Shown here: positions 49,678-59,400 of the stretch, in pieces | How the letters are laid out: the number at the start of each line of letters is the position of its first letter | Numbering within the stretch: position 1 is the stretch's first letter | Source of the DNA: a virus | IMG/VR virus record: IMGVR_UViG_3300045836_000088 | Location: 8,595-72,594 of that record | DNA: 64,000 nt | Reading direction: 5' to 3' (one strand) | Translations under genes and position numbers: made by a program | The notes under the pieces: generated by a model | Database searches by the model: none | Told to the model about the DNA's origin: nothing | The model's input: the letters and a program-made list of their open reading frames with translations, nothing else

Positions 49678-49887
49678 ATGGGAACAAATATACTTCGCAT
49701 AAATCCTGCTTATCAGGTTAAGCGTACTGTAATGTTTAACGGGACTTCACCAATAGGTAAACCCGTTCAATTAATCAGGGAATCATCAGAAAGGGGTATT
49801 TTTTATGAAATTATGGTAGATGGCAAATTAAAGGCCGGAGCCACTAATATTAATGATGCTTCTGATTTACTTAAAAAGAGGATTTAA
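49678..49887 (+). CDS. Hypothetical protein
   Basis: ORF in early operon. Confidence 0.45.
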   Translation: MGTNILRINPAYQVKRTVMFNGTSPIGKPVQLIRESSERGIFYEIMVDGKLKAGATNINDASDLLKKRI

Positions 49888-49890
49888 AGT

Positions 49891-50103
49891 ATGGCAATAG
49901 AGAACAAGTGGCACGATTCGCCGGAGCTATTAGATAAAATGGACATCGATAGAACTATTGTTTTGTTTGATAATGGTGAAATCAGGCGTTATAACGAAGA
50001 ATTCCCATTTTCTCAGGCAATAGCATTCTTTGAGTTGCCAGAATATAAGCCTGATGATATTAACCCTAATTCATTCGAGGCTCAAGGTTATCCACCTTAT
50101 TAA
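49891..50103 (+). CDS. Hypothetical protein
   Basis: ORF in early operon. Confidence 0.45.
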   Translation: MAIENKWHDSPELLDKMDIDRTIVLFDNGEIRRYNEEFPFSQAIAFFELPEYKPDDINPNSFEAQGYPPY

Positions 50104-50322
50104 TCCCCCTAACCGTAAATAGTTTAGTTTGTTTTAACCCCCAATAAACTAAAACAATATGGCAAGCATTTACAATTCGTGGATTTCAACAATTCACTAC
50201 CGAATAACAAGTGGTTATACATCACTCTATTATTTATCTTATTATAAGTGTTGGAAGGCAGAAACAGTAACCAGTCTTTAACTAAAAATAATTAACCCTA
50301 TTAACCAATAAATAGTAAAATA

Positions 50323-50898
50323 ATGAAAATAGAAAACGAGGTTTTTGATAATGTATCGTTTAATGATAGTCAGCTAGTAAAACCAGCTATTTTGGACTGG
50401 ATATGTAACAAATTTAATCTTCCTAAATATAACCACTCATTCCGCGATCAATGGATTTATATAGGCATATGGGATAATATACTGTCAGTAAGTCTTGATA
50501 AAAGAGACGAAAGTCAGGCGCAGCTACTTGAATTAGTACCAAGGGAATATATTGGATGCGATCAGGTTAACACCGGTAAGCGAGTAAACTTGGACAGTCT
50601 GTATTTTCATATCGATAAAGAGTTTGAAATCGAATACCCAGAAATTATAAAAATCACGCTATATCAAAAACATAAGAAAAGGGATGATGACGGCGATATT
50701 TTTTATACATATACCCACTTAATTCATTTGAGCGACGGAAGTAAATTACAGCACTATGGATATGAGGGAACGCCAGACCTTAAACTCAATGAAAGTTGGT
50801 CTTTATTGAAAAATAAGATACAATTTAGACATATATATAAATTACTTCATTTATTCAACAATTTAACCCCCAATAGCCAAATACTTCATTTAAATTAA
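50323..50898 (+). CDS. Hypothetical protein
   Basis: 191 aa, AT-rich. Confidence 0.55.
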   Translation: MKIENEVFDNVSFNDSQLVKPAILDWICNKFNLPKYNHSFRDQWIYIGIWDNILSVSLDKRDESQAQLLELVPREYIGCDQVNTGKRVNLDSLYFHIDKEFEIEYPEIIKITLYQKHKKRDDDGDIFYTYTHLIHLSDGSKLQHYGYEGTPDLKLNESWSLLKNKIQFRHIYKLLHLFNNLTPNSQILHLN

Positions 50899-50959
50899 AT
50901 ATATAACACTTAAACCAAAAATGGATAATAAATCATTAACGCCTGTAATCTAACAACCC

Positions 50960-51232
50960 ATGAAAATAAAAGACCTACCCGAACCAATAAAAAAACGCGC
51001 CCTTGAATGCCAAAAAGAACAAGGTAATGAGCCTAATGAGGAATTGGAGTTAGCTAATGGCAGAAACCATGGTAATTTTTGGTGGGATGAAACAAAGGAG
51101 TGTAGTATTTGGGATAAGGTAGATAATGGTAACTTTCACCCATTTTATAATTTTCACAATATGCCAATACTCACCCGTTCCCAAATTGCAGAAAAGTTTG
51201 GCATTACAGGAGACTTTGAAATTATAGATTAA
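50960..51232 (+). CDS. Hypothetical protein
   Basis: 90 aa with FWWDETKE motif. Confidence 0.5.
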   Translation: MKIKDLPEPIKKRALECQKEQGNEPNEELELANGRNHGNFWWDETKECSIWDKVDNGNFHPFYNFHNMPILTRSQIAEKFGITGDFEIID

Positions 51233-51395
51233 AAGACATTAGGGGCAAAGTTTAACTTAAAATATCTTAAAAAGATCTCCGGTTGAAAAGCCCCGCCGGA
51301 ATTGTGATTAAGGTTTAGGTTGGAAGCCGCAGCGTAGCGAGTACAAAGCGGCTTTTTTTTACATTTGCCTTATCCATTCGTTAAACTTACCAAAC

Positions 51396-51731
51396 ATGAA
51401 AGAACATAAACGAAAAATAGGCAGACCTGAAGCACCGGACGAACTAAAAGCGAAGCCACGATCAAGCCCGCGCTTAACAGACGATGAAATGCTTATTCTT
51501 GAGCGCGAGTTTGGCAAAAATGCAACCATAAGCAAGGCTATTAAGTTCCTTATTAAACACCTTATCGATAAAAACCTTAAAATGACAGGTATAGTAGAAG
51601 CAAGTAAAGACGAGAAAACAGAATTAGCTATCACAGAAGCTGCCAGTCATTTAAAAGAGTTTATAAGGCTAAATAAGGAGTTTGGAGACATTGACGTTAA
51701 AGAGATAGCCCAACAAGCCTTTAAGAAATAA
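51396..51731 (+). CDS. Putative ribbon-helix-helix DNA-binding protein
   Basis: IGRP...SPRLTDDEM..L......TISKAIKFLI. Confidence 0.55.
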   Translation: MKEHKRKIGRPEAPDELKAKPRSSPRLTDDEMLILEREFGKNATISKAIKFLIKHLIDKNLKMTGIVEASKDEKTELAITEAASHLKEFIRLNKEFGDIDVKEIAQQAFKK

Positions 51732-51848
51732 TAATGGTTTATATCACCTTAAAATAGCTAGTACAACAATTCAGTATAAATAATATACTTCAATATATAC
51801 TACTTAGGCCGTTAATAACAATTTAACGGCTTTTTTATTTTTATAACT

Positions 51849-52136
51849 ATGGCACAGACATACACAGAGCGACTCTTTAACATAGGATTAGAGGCCGGAC
51901 AAAGCATTATCCTTTTTATGAAAGGTAAAGATTACCACCGTTTAAATGAGTTCTTAGGAGAGCGTTATTTTAACGCCTTAGTAAGAATAAACGGGCAGGT
52001 AAAAGTATTAATACCAACAGGCAAAGTGATTGAATTAGGCGATCTTAAAAGCCATTCACTTGCCGCTATTGCAGACTATTTAAATAACCCTCAAGATGGA
52101 AAATTTAAAGCAATCGGTCTTAATAGCTCACATTAA
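51849..52136 (+). CDS. Hypothetical protein
   Basis: Follows a terminator hairpin at 51807-51835. Confidence 0.45.
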   Translation: MAQTYTERLFNIGLEAGQSIILFMKGKDYHRLNEFLGERYFNALVRINGQVKVLIPTGKVIELGDLKSHSLAAIADYLNNPQDGKFKAIGLNSSH

Positions 52137-52272
52137 AGAATATGAGCTAAACTTAATAGAATATCCTTCACCCGACCAATCCGACATTATACAGCAGTAT
52201 TTAAACCCTTATACTTTCCTGTCGGATAATTACAACCAAATTCTTGAACATTATGAAAAGCACCGGAATTAA
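52096..52272 (+). CDS. Hypothetical 58-aa protein (not in ORF track)
   Basis: MENLKQSVLIAHIKEYELNL...EKHRN. Confidence 0.4.
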   Translation: MENLKQSVLIAHIKEYELNLIEYPSPDQSDIIQQYLNPYTFLSDNYNQILEHYEKHRN

Positions 52273-52421
52273 AAGCCGCATTCGGATTTATTGGAACCTC
52301 GATTGCGTAATTTTTACTGACGTTTCAGATTTAACCATTGAAGCCCCTTATCATGTGGCTGTAACTTCTGAAAGAGTAAGGCGCATAACTAAACGTAATT
52401 CATACAACCCTTAATTATAAC

Positions 52422-52646
52422 ATGAAAACCCAAATACAGGAAACAGACCTACAGAAGTTTGTAAGGCTCTACGATTCAGACCGTATAAAAGAGTTTGGCA
52501 CCTTTATAGAGTGCAGACCACAAAAGCTTGAAACAGGGCTGTCACAAGCTAAAAACATTATCCAGCAATTTAATTTAAACCTTACTGCCACCTGTAAAGG
52601 AGATATGGCAAGACGAAAAGCTTTTGAAGTAACCGTAAAAGAATAA
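52422..52646 (+). CDS. Hypothetical protein
   Basis: 74-aa ORF. Confidence 0.45.
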   Translation: MKTQIQETDLQKFVRLYDSDRIKEFGTFIECRPQKLETGLSQAKNIIQQFNLNLTATCKGDMARRKAFEVTVKE

Positions 52647-52832
52647 ATAAACATTAACCGCTAAAAACCAAAACCACCATGAAACAAGCATTTATTAAAG
52701 CATCAACCTTTATCAAGGTTTGCATTATTGCCGAATTTGCTACTATAGTCTACATGTTAGCAAACGCTATTTAATAGCTTCTCATCGCTTAAAACCACCT
52801 CTTTATTAACCTTAATTTTAAATCAATCCGCT

Positions 52833-53021
52833 ATGGATATGGATATGCTATTTCTATTTGCCAGCCTCAAGGAGCAAGCAAATTTAGTACATCAAGGAGT
52901 AGACAGCGAACAAGCAACAAACATGCTATTCCTGAGTAATGAAGAAACATACATGAATGAAGTTCAACTACCTCAACTAGCCGAAGAACTGGAAGAAAGG
53001 AGACGTTATGAGGGTGTATAA
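52833..53021 (+). CDS. Hypothetical protein
   Basis: 62-aa acidic ORF. Confidence 0.4.
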   Translation: MDMDMLFLFASLKEQANLVHQGVDSEQATNMLFLSNEETYMNEVQLPQLAEELEERRRYEGV

Positions 53022-53238
53022 CAAGGTAGAAAAGCAAGCCTTTCAGCAAAGGCACTTGACTATTAATAATGAAAAGCCATTATCAAATGGGGTTTGGGTA
53101 CTTAAATACTGTGGCCGCCCCGTTTATGAACATAGTTACTTTCACTTCTGCAAAAGTGAAAAGAATAGGCTAATCAAATCAGGATATAAAGAAAGTGCCT
53201 TTACTTATAGTAAAAGACAAATCAATAAAACTAATTAA
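53008..53238 (+). CDS. Hypothetical protein
   Basis: 76-aa basic ORF. Confidence 0.4.
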   Translation: MRVYNKVEKQAFQQRHLTINNEKPLSNGVWVLKYCGRPVYEHSYFHFCKSEKNRLIKSGYKESAFTYSKRQINKTN

Positions 53239-53259
53239 CCATCAAATAACCAATCCACA

Positions 53260-53847
53260 ATGGAAAAGTCAGAAAGCATAAAAAATATAGGCATAGCCTT
53301 AATCAAGTTTAAAAAGCTTGTTGGGAAAATACCAAAGTCAAGTAAGAACCCTTTTTATAAATCAGAATATGCCGAACTACCGGACATTCTTGATGCAGTT
53401 GACCCTCATTTAATAGAATGCGGATTAGCATTAACACAGTGGCCGGCCGGAGAACATGAGCTTACAACCCTCCTTATTCATGAGAGCGGTGAATATATCA
53501 TGGAAACGTATAAAATGACACCTGCAAAGAATGATCCACAGGGAATAGGTTCATGTATCACTTATCAAAGAAGATACGCCGTAGGGGCTGTATTAAGCTT
53601 AAACATTGATAAAGATGATGATGGCAACAGCGCAAGCGGTAAAAACGAACCAAACGAAGGTAAAACTACTCCACCGCAAAACGTAAAAAAGTTGCCTGAC
53701 TTATTACCGAACACTCCGCAATGGACTAACGCAGTTAAATATCTAAATAATGGAAGCGCAACAATAGAGCAGATTAAAGCCAGTTGCACACTTTCACCTG
53801 AAAACGAACAAGAACTTATTAAACAATCAAATTTACAAGCAGCATGA
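53260..53847 (+). CDS. erf: ERF-family single-strand annealing protein
   Basis: KNPFYKSEYAEL...LIHESGE...DPQGIGSCITYQRRYA...DDDGN. Confidence 0.9.
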   Translation: MEKSESIKNIGIALIKFKKLVGKIPKSSKNPFYKSEYAELPDILDAVDPHLIECGLALTQWPAGEHELTTLLIHESGEYIMETYKMTPAKNDPQGIGSCITYQRRYAVGAVLSLNIDKDDDGNSASGKNEPNEGKTTPPQNVKKLPDLLPNTPQWTNAVKYLNNGSATIEQIKASCTLSPENEQELIKQSNLQAA

Positions 53848-54107
53848 TAATCGCAGATTTATGTTTATCGGATATACCCGAAAGCGCAAGAACAGTAGGT
53901 AAAAATGGCAAGGTTTACGCAAAGGTCGTAATAGACACACGTAAAGAAGCTGACCAGTTTGGCAATACTCATACCGTGTATATGAACCAAACCAAAGAAG
54001 AAAGAGAAGCTAAAACACCAAAGGCTTACATTGGCAGTGCTAAAGAGATTGTATTTAACAATAACAATCAAAGTCAGCCAAAAGGAAGCGTTAATTTGGG
54101 GTTTTAG
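53844..54107 (+). CDS. Putative single-stranded DNA-binding protein
   Basis: GKNGKVY...DQFGNTH...QTKEERE...YIG pattern; follows ERF. Confidence 0.65.
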   Translation: MIIADLCLSDIPESARTVGKNGKVYAKVVIDTRKEADQFGNTHTVYMNQTKEEREAKTPKAYIGSAKEIVFNNNNQSQPKGSVNLGF

Positions 54108-54318
54108 TCTCCTTTACCCAATACGAGGGAGAACCCGAATACAAATACTTACTAAAGTACAATACTATGCCCCAATTAGGAGATTATGTATATCAGCCTG
54201 ATTGGGGCTTTTTTACAGCAGTACAAAGGGTATTACATGTTAATCAATTACATACTAAATACCCCTTAATTACTGCTACTAATAACCCTTATTATCAATC
54301 AATCTTTAAAGAAGATTT

Positions 54319-54792
54319 ATGACACAGGAACTACAACAAGAAAAAGGATTGGTCATTACAGAGCAGTCCTTTTTAGCTTTAAATAAAGGCTCTATAAACG
54401 ACTTAGGTATGTCTTTAGTAGACAAGTGCCGGAATGGTGAAGCAAGCCCTACAGAAGCCTTAATAATGGCTAAAAAGCTAACAGAATTAAGCGAGCTTAT
54501 TAAAAATAATGTTGCTGATATGGCAACTAATGAATTAAAGCTTGCTAACAAAGAAACAAGGCACATGTTAGGTTGCGAGATCCGCGAACAAACAGTAGGA
54601 ACCCGTTACGACTTTTCAACCTGCCAAGACCTAATATGGAACAGGCTTAGTAAAGAGCTTAAAGAGCGTGAAGCAATCTTAAAAGCCCTTAGTAAGCCAA
54701 TGGAAATGGTTGATACAGATACAGCCGAAACATGGACAGCTTACCCCCCCGTTAAATCAGGCAAGCTAAGTTTAGTTATCACAGTTAAATAA
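54319..54792 (+). CDS. Hypothetical phage protein
   Basis: 157 aa with GTRYDFS.C.D and PPVKS motifs. Confidence 0.6.
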   Translation: MTQELQQEKGLVITEQSFLALNKGSINDLGMSLVDKCRNGEASPTEALIMAKKLTELSELIKNNVADMATNELKLANKETRHMLGCEIREQTVGTRYDFSTCQDLIWNRLSKELKEREAILKALSKPMEMVDTDTAETWTAYPPVKSGKLSLVITVK

Positions 54793-54829
54793 TTCTAATT
54801 AATACTCATTAAACACTTAAAAAAAAATC

Positions 54830-55126
54830 ATGAAACAAAAATTCTCAATTATTCGCACACACTCAGCAGGGGTTTGGTTTGGCAACATTAAAAAATTAGA
54901 TGGCTCTATAGCTATTGTTACCAATGCTCGCCGCTTATGGTATTGGTCGGGTGCAGCTTCTTTAAGTCAATTAGCTGTTGAAGGTACTAAAAGGCCAAAC
55001 GATTGTAAGTTTACCGTTACCATTACAGACGAAGATGGCGTTTACTTGCCACAGGTAATTGAAGTATTGCCATGCACCGAAGAAGCAGTTAATAACATTA
55101 AAGCCGTAAAAGAATGGAAGATCTGA
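54830..55126 (+). CDS. DUF6948-like protein
   Basis: IIRTHSAGVWFG...NARRLWYWSGAASLSQLA.EG. Confidence 0.75.
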   Translation: MKQKFSIIRTHSAGVWFGNIKKLDGSIAIVTNARRLWYWSGAASLSQLAVEGTKRPNDCKFTVTITDEDGVYLPQVIEVLPCTEEAVNNIKAVKEWKI

Positions 55127-55929
55127 TAAAAAGTTTCCTCGAAATACAGCCGGATGGCTATGGCTCTGGCTCTGGCTATGGCTCTGGCTATGGCTCTGGC
55201 TCTGGCTATGGCTCTGGCTCTGGCTCTGGCTATGGCTCTGGCGATGGCGATGGCGATGGCTCTGGCGATGGCTCTGGCGATGGCTATGGCTATGGCGATG
55301 GCTCTGGCGATGGCTATGGCTCTGGCGATGGCTATGGCTATGGCGATGGCTCTGGCGATGGCTATGGCTCTGGCGATGGCTATGGCTATGGCTCTGGCTA
55401 TGGCTATGGCGATATTAAAAAAGCACATGCCGCAGAATACAGAAAGGGGTTTTTAAATAAAGAAATCCATTCTTTTAAATCATTCAATGAAAAGCCTGTT
55501 TATTATATAGATGACATCCCTTGTATATTCCTATCTATAGTTAATAACATAGCCAAAGTGTTAGTTATTAAAGACGATATGAGTACGCAAAAAATGTATA
55601 TCGCTAAATCAGGCAATCTGTTTGCGCATGGGGATACCAAAGAGGATGCCATGTCAGCAGTAAGCGAAAAGTTCTATTCGTCTTTATCTTTAGAGGAAAA
55701 GAAACAGGAGTTTATTAAGTCATTCAAAAAGAATGAATCATACAGTAACAGTACATTCTTTGAATGGCATCACTTTTTAACCGGAAGCTGCAAAAGCGGA
55801 AGGCTTATGTTTGTTAATTCCAGGGGAATTGATTTGAAAGGTAAGATGACAACTTTAGAGTTTCTCAACCTTACCAAAAACGAATATAACGGAAGTGCCA
55901 TAAGAGATATTTTGAATGAAATAAATTAA
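55114..55929 (+). CDS. Gly-X repeat protein (G[YSD])n with a C-terminal globular domain
   Basis: About 43 Gly-X units; C-terminal FAHG...WHHFLTGSC..GR..F. Confidence 0.75.
   Translation: MEDLIKSFLEIQPDGYGSGSGYGSGYGSGSGYGSGSGSGYGSGDGDGDGSGDGSGDGYGYGDGSGDGYGSGDGYGYGDGSGDGYGSGDGYGYGSGYGYGDIKKAHAAEYRKGFLNKEIHSFKSFNEKPVYYIDDIPCIFLSIVNNIAKVLVIKDDMSTQKMYIAKSGNLFAHGDTKEDAMSAVSEKFYSSLSLEEKKQEFIKSFKKNESYSNSTFFEWHHFLTGSCKSGRLMFVNSRGIDLKGKMTTLEFLNLTKNEYNGSAIRDILNEIN
55153..55413. repeat. Hexamer microsatellite GGC(TAT/TCT/GAT)
   Basis: Directly visible; all three frames and the opposite strand are open over it. Confidence 0.95.
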
Positions 55930-55933
55930 CACC

Positions 55934-55957
55934 AAGCCCCTTAATTGGGGCTTTTTT
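55934..55957 (+). terminator. Intrinsic terminator
   Basis: AAGCCCC-TTAATT-GGGGCTTTTT. Confidence 0.7.
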
Positions 55958-55969
55958 ACTAACTAAATC

Positions 55970-56182
55970 ATGAACCGAAAACTAAAAGCAATACAAACAG
56001 AAAATACCAAGTCATTATCAGAAATGACTATGGAAGAAATAATAGGCAGACCCATCAATAAACCTGTAGGTCTTAAACCTCCTGTATTTAAAGAGGCTTT
56101 AGTGTCTTTTGAATCAGGGAATATATTAAACAGAGTATTAAGCGACCTTACTTTAGAGGACGAACAAAGGAGTAGGATATGA
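55970..56182 (+). CDS. Hypothetical protein
   Basis: 70-aa ORF. Confidence 0.45.
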   Translation: MNRKLKAIQTENTKSLSEMTMEEIIGRPINKPVGLKPPVFKEALVSFESGNILNRVLSDLTLEDEQRSRI

Positions 56183-56406
56183 AAATAGAAGCAACACTAA
56201 CAAACGAGCAGATAAATTTATTACAAGCGCATGCCACTATCGTTGGGGACAATTACTTTCTTCCATTCTGGTTTAAAAGAATATCAGGAAATAAATTTGA
56301 ATTATTACCTCTCGGTAGTCTCCCACGTGAAATGTCTAAGGAGATAGAAGAAATGCGGGAAAGCATAAAATGGGAAAAATATTCCAGCTTCCTGAACGGG
56401 GATTAA
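56179..56406 (+). CDS. Hypothetical protein
   Basis: ATGA-coupled ORF. Confidence 0.45.
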   Translation: MKIEATLTNEQINLLQAHATIVGDNYFLPFWFKRISGNKFELLPLGSLPREMSKEIEEMRESIKWEKYSSFLNGD

Positions 56407-56458
56407 GCGCACGATAGCCACTCCAAAACCGCCTTTACTTATCCCCTACCTTTAAGCT

Positions 56459-56647
56459 ATGAGCAAAGAGGTAGATTTCAGGGTAGCAGACAAAGAAGGA
56501 AACTTTGACGAGGCAGATGTTCATATAGAACCCTTTAACCTCGTAGAAATATGGCAAGTGGGAAATGACAGAATACAATTAAGCATCCCCCAAGCCTTAG
56601 CAGTCTGTAGCCAAATCCTCACCGCTTTGCAAGAGCAACTTAATTAA
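56459..56647 (+). CDS. Hypothetical protein
   Basis: Directly after the promoter motif at 56425-56454. Confidence 0.45.
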   Translation: MSKEVDFRVADKEGNFDEADVHIEPFNLVEIWQVGNDRIQLSIPQALAVCSQILTALQEQLN

Positions 56648-56654
56648 CTATTTC

Positions 56655-57224
56655 ATGGCAAAGAATGTAAGATGGTCGCCTAACGATTTTAAGCGTTTAG
56701 GCTTAATCGATATTGGAGGTAATGGCGATAACTACGTAAAGGCAAGTACACAAGTAGCTAAGAAGGTAGATAAACTACCAAGCCTCTTAGAAAGAGCTAT
56801 TAAACAGGATAGCAGCGAAAAGGTATTTAGCAAGCCAGTCAACAAAAAGGTAAGAAACGCTACCAAAGTCGAGCAAGACGGAATCAAGTTTGACAGCAAA
56901 CTTGAGCATTATATGTACACACTATTACAGGGCGCAGGAATCAACTTTGAGTTTCAAAAGGTATTTGTACTACAAGAAGGATTCCGGTACAATGGCGAGG
57001 CTATAAGACCTATTAAAAGCATAGTAGACTTTTGGTTGCCTGAATTAAACATGGTCGTGGACGCGAAAGGTTATGCAAATGACACCGCGCCCCTTAAATA
57101 CAAACTACTAAAACACCAGTTTCATACTCAGGGCAAAAATCCAGTAGTGGTTATGCCAAAGAATAAAAAGGAGTGTGATGCTTTAATTAACAGAATAAGA
57201 TATGGCAAAGGAAAAAATTTATGA
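56655..57224 (+). CDS. DUF1064-like PD-(D/E)xK nuclease
   Basis: DGIKFDSKLE...FQ..F.LQ...VDF...VVDAKGY. Confidence 0.75.
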   Translation: MAKNVRWSPNDFKRLGLIDIGGNGDNYVKASTQVAKKVDKLPSLLERAIKQDSSEKVFSKPVNKKVRNATKVEQDGIKFDSKLEHYMYTLLQGAGINFEFQKVFVLQEGFRYNGEAIRPIKSIVDFWLPELNMVVDAKGYANDTAPLKYKLLKHQFHTQGKNPVVVMPKNKKECDALINRIRYGKGKNL

Positions 57225-57606
57225 ACTATCCTATGGGTGGTACGAAGAAAATATAACCTATAGCTTCACTCATGCAAATAATAAACTACAAGCCGAGTTC
57301 GAGCAGGATTGCTATGATATTATTCACAAGTACATAGATGAGCATATAGAAAAAGGCGGAGCAGTACAAGACCGCGATTTTAAATCTTGGATTGGTCATG
57401 ATACAATAATTCAAATGGCGGCTGAAAAACTACCTGAGTTAGGGTATGTGCCTTTCTCCGATACGTTTACTATTATTCCTTTTACGCTATGTGGAAGTAC
57501 TATTATAGATGAAGATGGAGACGGAACAGAGATAGTAAAAATAATAGGAGAAGAAAATTTACAGAAAATAATTACATACAACAAAGCTTTGGAAGAAAGT
57601 CTGTAA
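57202..57606 (+). CDS. Hypothetical protein
   Basis: 134-aa ORF. Confidence 0.5.
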   Translation: MAKEKIYELSYGWYEENITYSFTHANNKLQAEFEQDCYDIIHKYIDEHIEKGGAVQDRDFKSWIGHDTIIQMAAEKLPELGYVPFSDTFTIIPFTLCGSTIIDEDGDGTEIVKIIGEENLQKIITYNKALEESL

Positions 57607-57635
57607 AGAGTTCATAGATTTTAAAATAACAGCCT

Positions 57636-57866
57636 ATGGCAACAAGAACCAAAACAATCAATGATAACTACACCAATGAGATATTAAAGCAGGAGTTTAA
57701 CACCCTGCTTTTCCATTCAACAGGTAAAAAGCTATACCTTAAATCAAATCCCTTAAAAGGTATAGTTACCTATTGTGTAGTAAGAAACAACCTAGCAACA
57801 GGTAATATCTCTGAAACTCCTTTTGATATATTTGAGGACGCAAAAAAAAATTACAATAAAAACTAA
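57636..57866 (+). CDS. Hypothetical protein
   Basis: 76 aa; its 3' end is repeated at 58119. Confidence 0.45.
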   Translation: MATRTKTINDNYTNEILKQEFNTLLFHSTGKKLYLKSNPLKGIVTYCVVRNNLATGNISETPFDIFEDAKKNYNKN

Positions 57867-57871
57867 GCGTT

Positions 57872-58117
57872 ATGAAATTAGACGAAAAGGTATCAGAAAA
57901 GTATATCCAGCACATTAAAACAAACCCACTTGATATTGATGAAGAAATATTAAGTCACTTCGGGAATAATCAATCTAAAGAGTTTTATGAAGGGATGATG
58001 GCGGGGGTATTAGCCTATTACATGATAATCGATGGAGCGATAGATGATGGCAGATTCAAAGATGGATTAACACATATATCACTGGACTTACAAAAAGTCA
58101 TTGTACGCAATCTCTAA
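57872..58117 (+). CDS. Hypothetical protein flanked by direct repeats
   Basis: 81 aa between copies of TGAAACTCCTTTTGATAT. Confidence 0.45.
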   Translation: MKLDEKVSEKYIQHIKTNPLDIDEEILSHFGNNQSKEFYEGMMAGVLAYYMIIDGAIDDGRFKDGLTHISLDLQKVIVRNL

Positions 58118-58177
58118 ATGAAACTCCTTTTGATATTCTTGAAGAAGCAGTAAGAGACTACAATAATTAACTGACCT

Positions 58178-58473
58178 ATGGAACTTAATAAACAGTTTAC
58201 AGATAGTGATGGTGCAAAACTGACGATGCACCCCTATTCACCCGCAAGTCCGCTTGAGCAGATTTAGAGCAGATTTATAGAAGTATATGCTTCAGCGCAA
58301 AAGATTTTGGGGAAAAGCAAACAGATGCTTTTTTATATGGTATGACACTTGGATGGGATGAAAGGTCTTATAAAGAGTTTTCTGAGAAATTCGGATGGCA
58401 ACAACAAGATATAGATGCCATTAAAGAGCTTCGCACAAAGTTTATCGAACTGCAAAACAAGACTTGGAGATAA
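58178..58473 (+). pseudogene. Gene disrupted by an 11-bp tandem duplication
   Basis: GAGCAGATTTA x2 at 58256-58277; removing one copy gives an uninterrupted 94-aa ORF. Confidence 0.65.
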
Positions 58474-59400
58474 TAATACCAACTCTTTCACCTAGCCACA
58501 GGTCACAAGCCTTGTGGCTTTTTTATTGCCCTTAAAATCCCCTATTAATAACCACTAATTTAAACTAACCAATTAAACCCCAATGTAATTATGAACAATA
58601 ACCATTACAAGGTAGAAAGTGGCAGTAAGCCGCTATCCTGACGAGTTTGAAGCAAGATTATATGTTAAAAGCCGCTTTTTAATATTTAGTTGGTGGTGCC
58701 ATTTAAGAAACCGTAAGGGACGATCACCCAACTATAGCAGAGCAGGTTAGAAGGTGGCAGAAACGCTTTGATATTCCTGACTACCTGATAGAAGATAACA
58801 CAGTTGATTTCCCATTTGAATATTTTGATTTATGACCATAGAATTTATAGGAGGGCTATTAGTCGGAGCGTCTATAGTCCTTATTATTTTCACATTAGCT
58901 TGCTTGGCTGTTAAGGAATGGAGGAATAAGGTATGAAAATCCAAAAGCCTCACAAAATAAGTACATTCTGTGGCATTCCAATAGTATCAGAACTTGTACC
59001 GAAAGAGGTTGAGGAGTTTGCCAAGATAGTTTGCCAAGATTATGAATGCAAATAAAGGATGTTATATTGAAAAGTTAGACACTCAAACGAAGGCAGGTTA
59101 ATAATAAATGGACAACCACCTATAAAAATAAAGCCCCAATACCTAAACAGGGTTTTAGAATTATGTGCCTTAGTAAGTGGAGGTAAGCCGAATGTAGACA
59201 GGTATGTACTACATAAAGATGCAATTGAAACTTTAGCTATTTATAATTTATGAGTAGCACCCAATCCTACCAATGCAAAAAGCCTAATTGCGCGTTTTGC
59301 CAAAAAATGAAAGAAAACAGAGACAGGCCGGAGACATTCTGGCCTTCTTCATTTTTAAACACTATTAAACAATACGATAAACAAGTTAAAAGAATTAGCC

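Noticed and set aside
55153-55413. Possible CRISPR array
   Set aside because: A 6-bp tandem microsatellite with no unique spacers and no cas genes.
55042-55456. ORFs reading (ALAMA)n on + and (ARAIA)n on -
   Set aside because: By-products of the stop-free hexamer repeat; the Gly-X frame is the one joined to a plausible N- and C-terminus.
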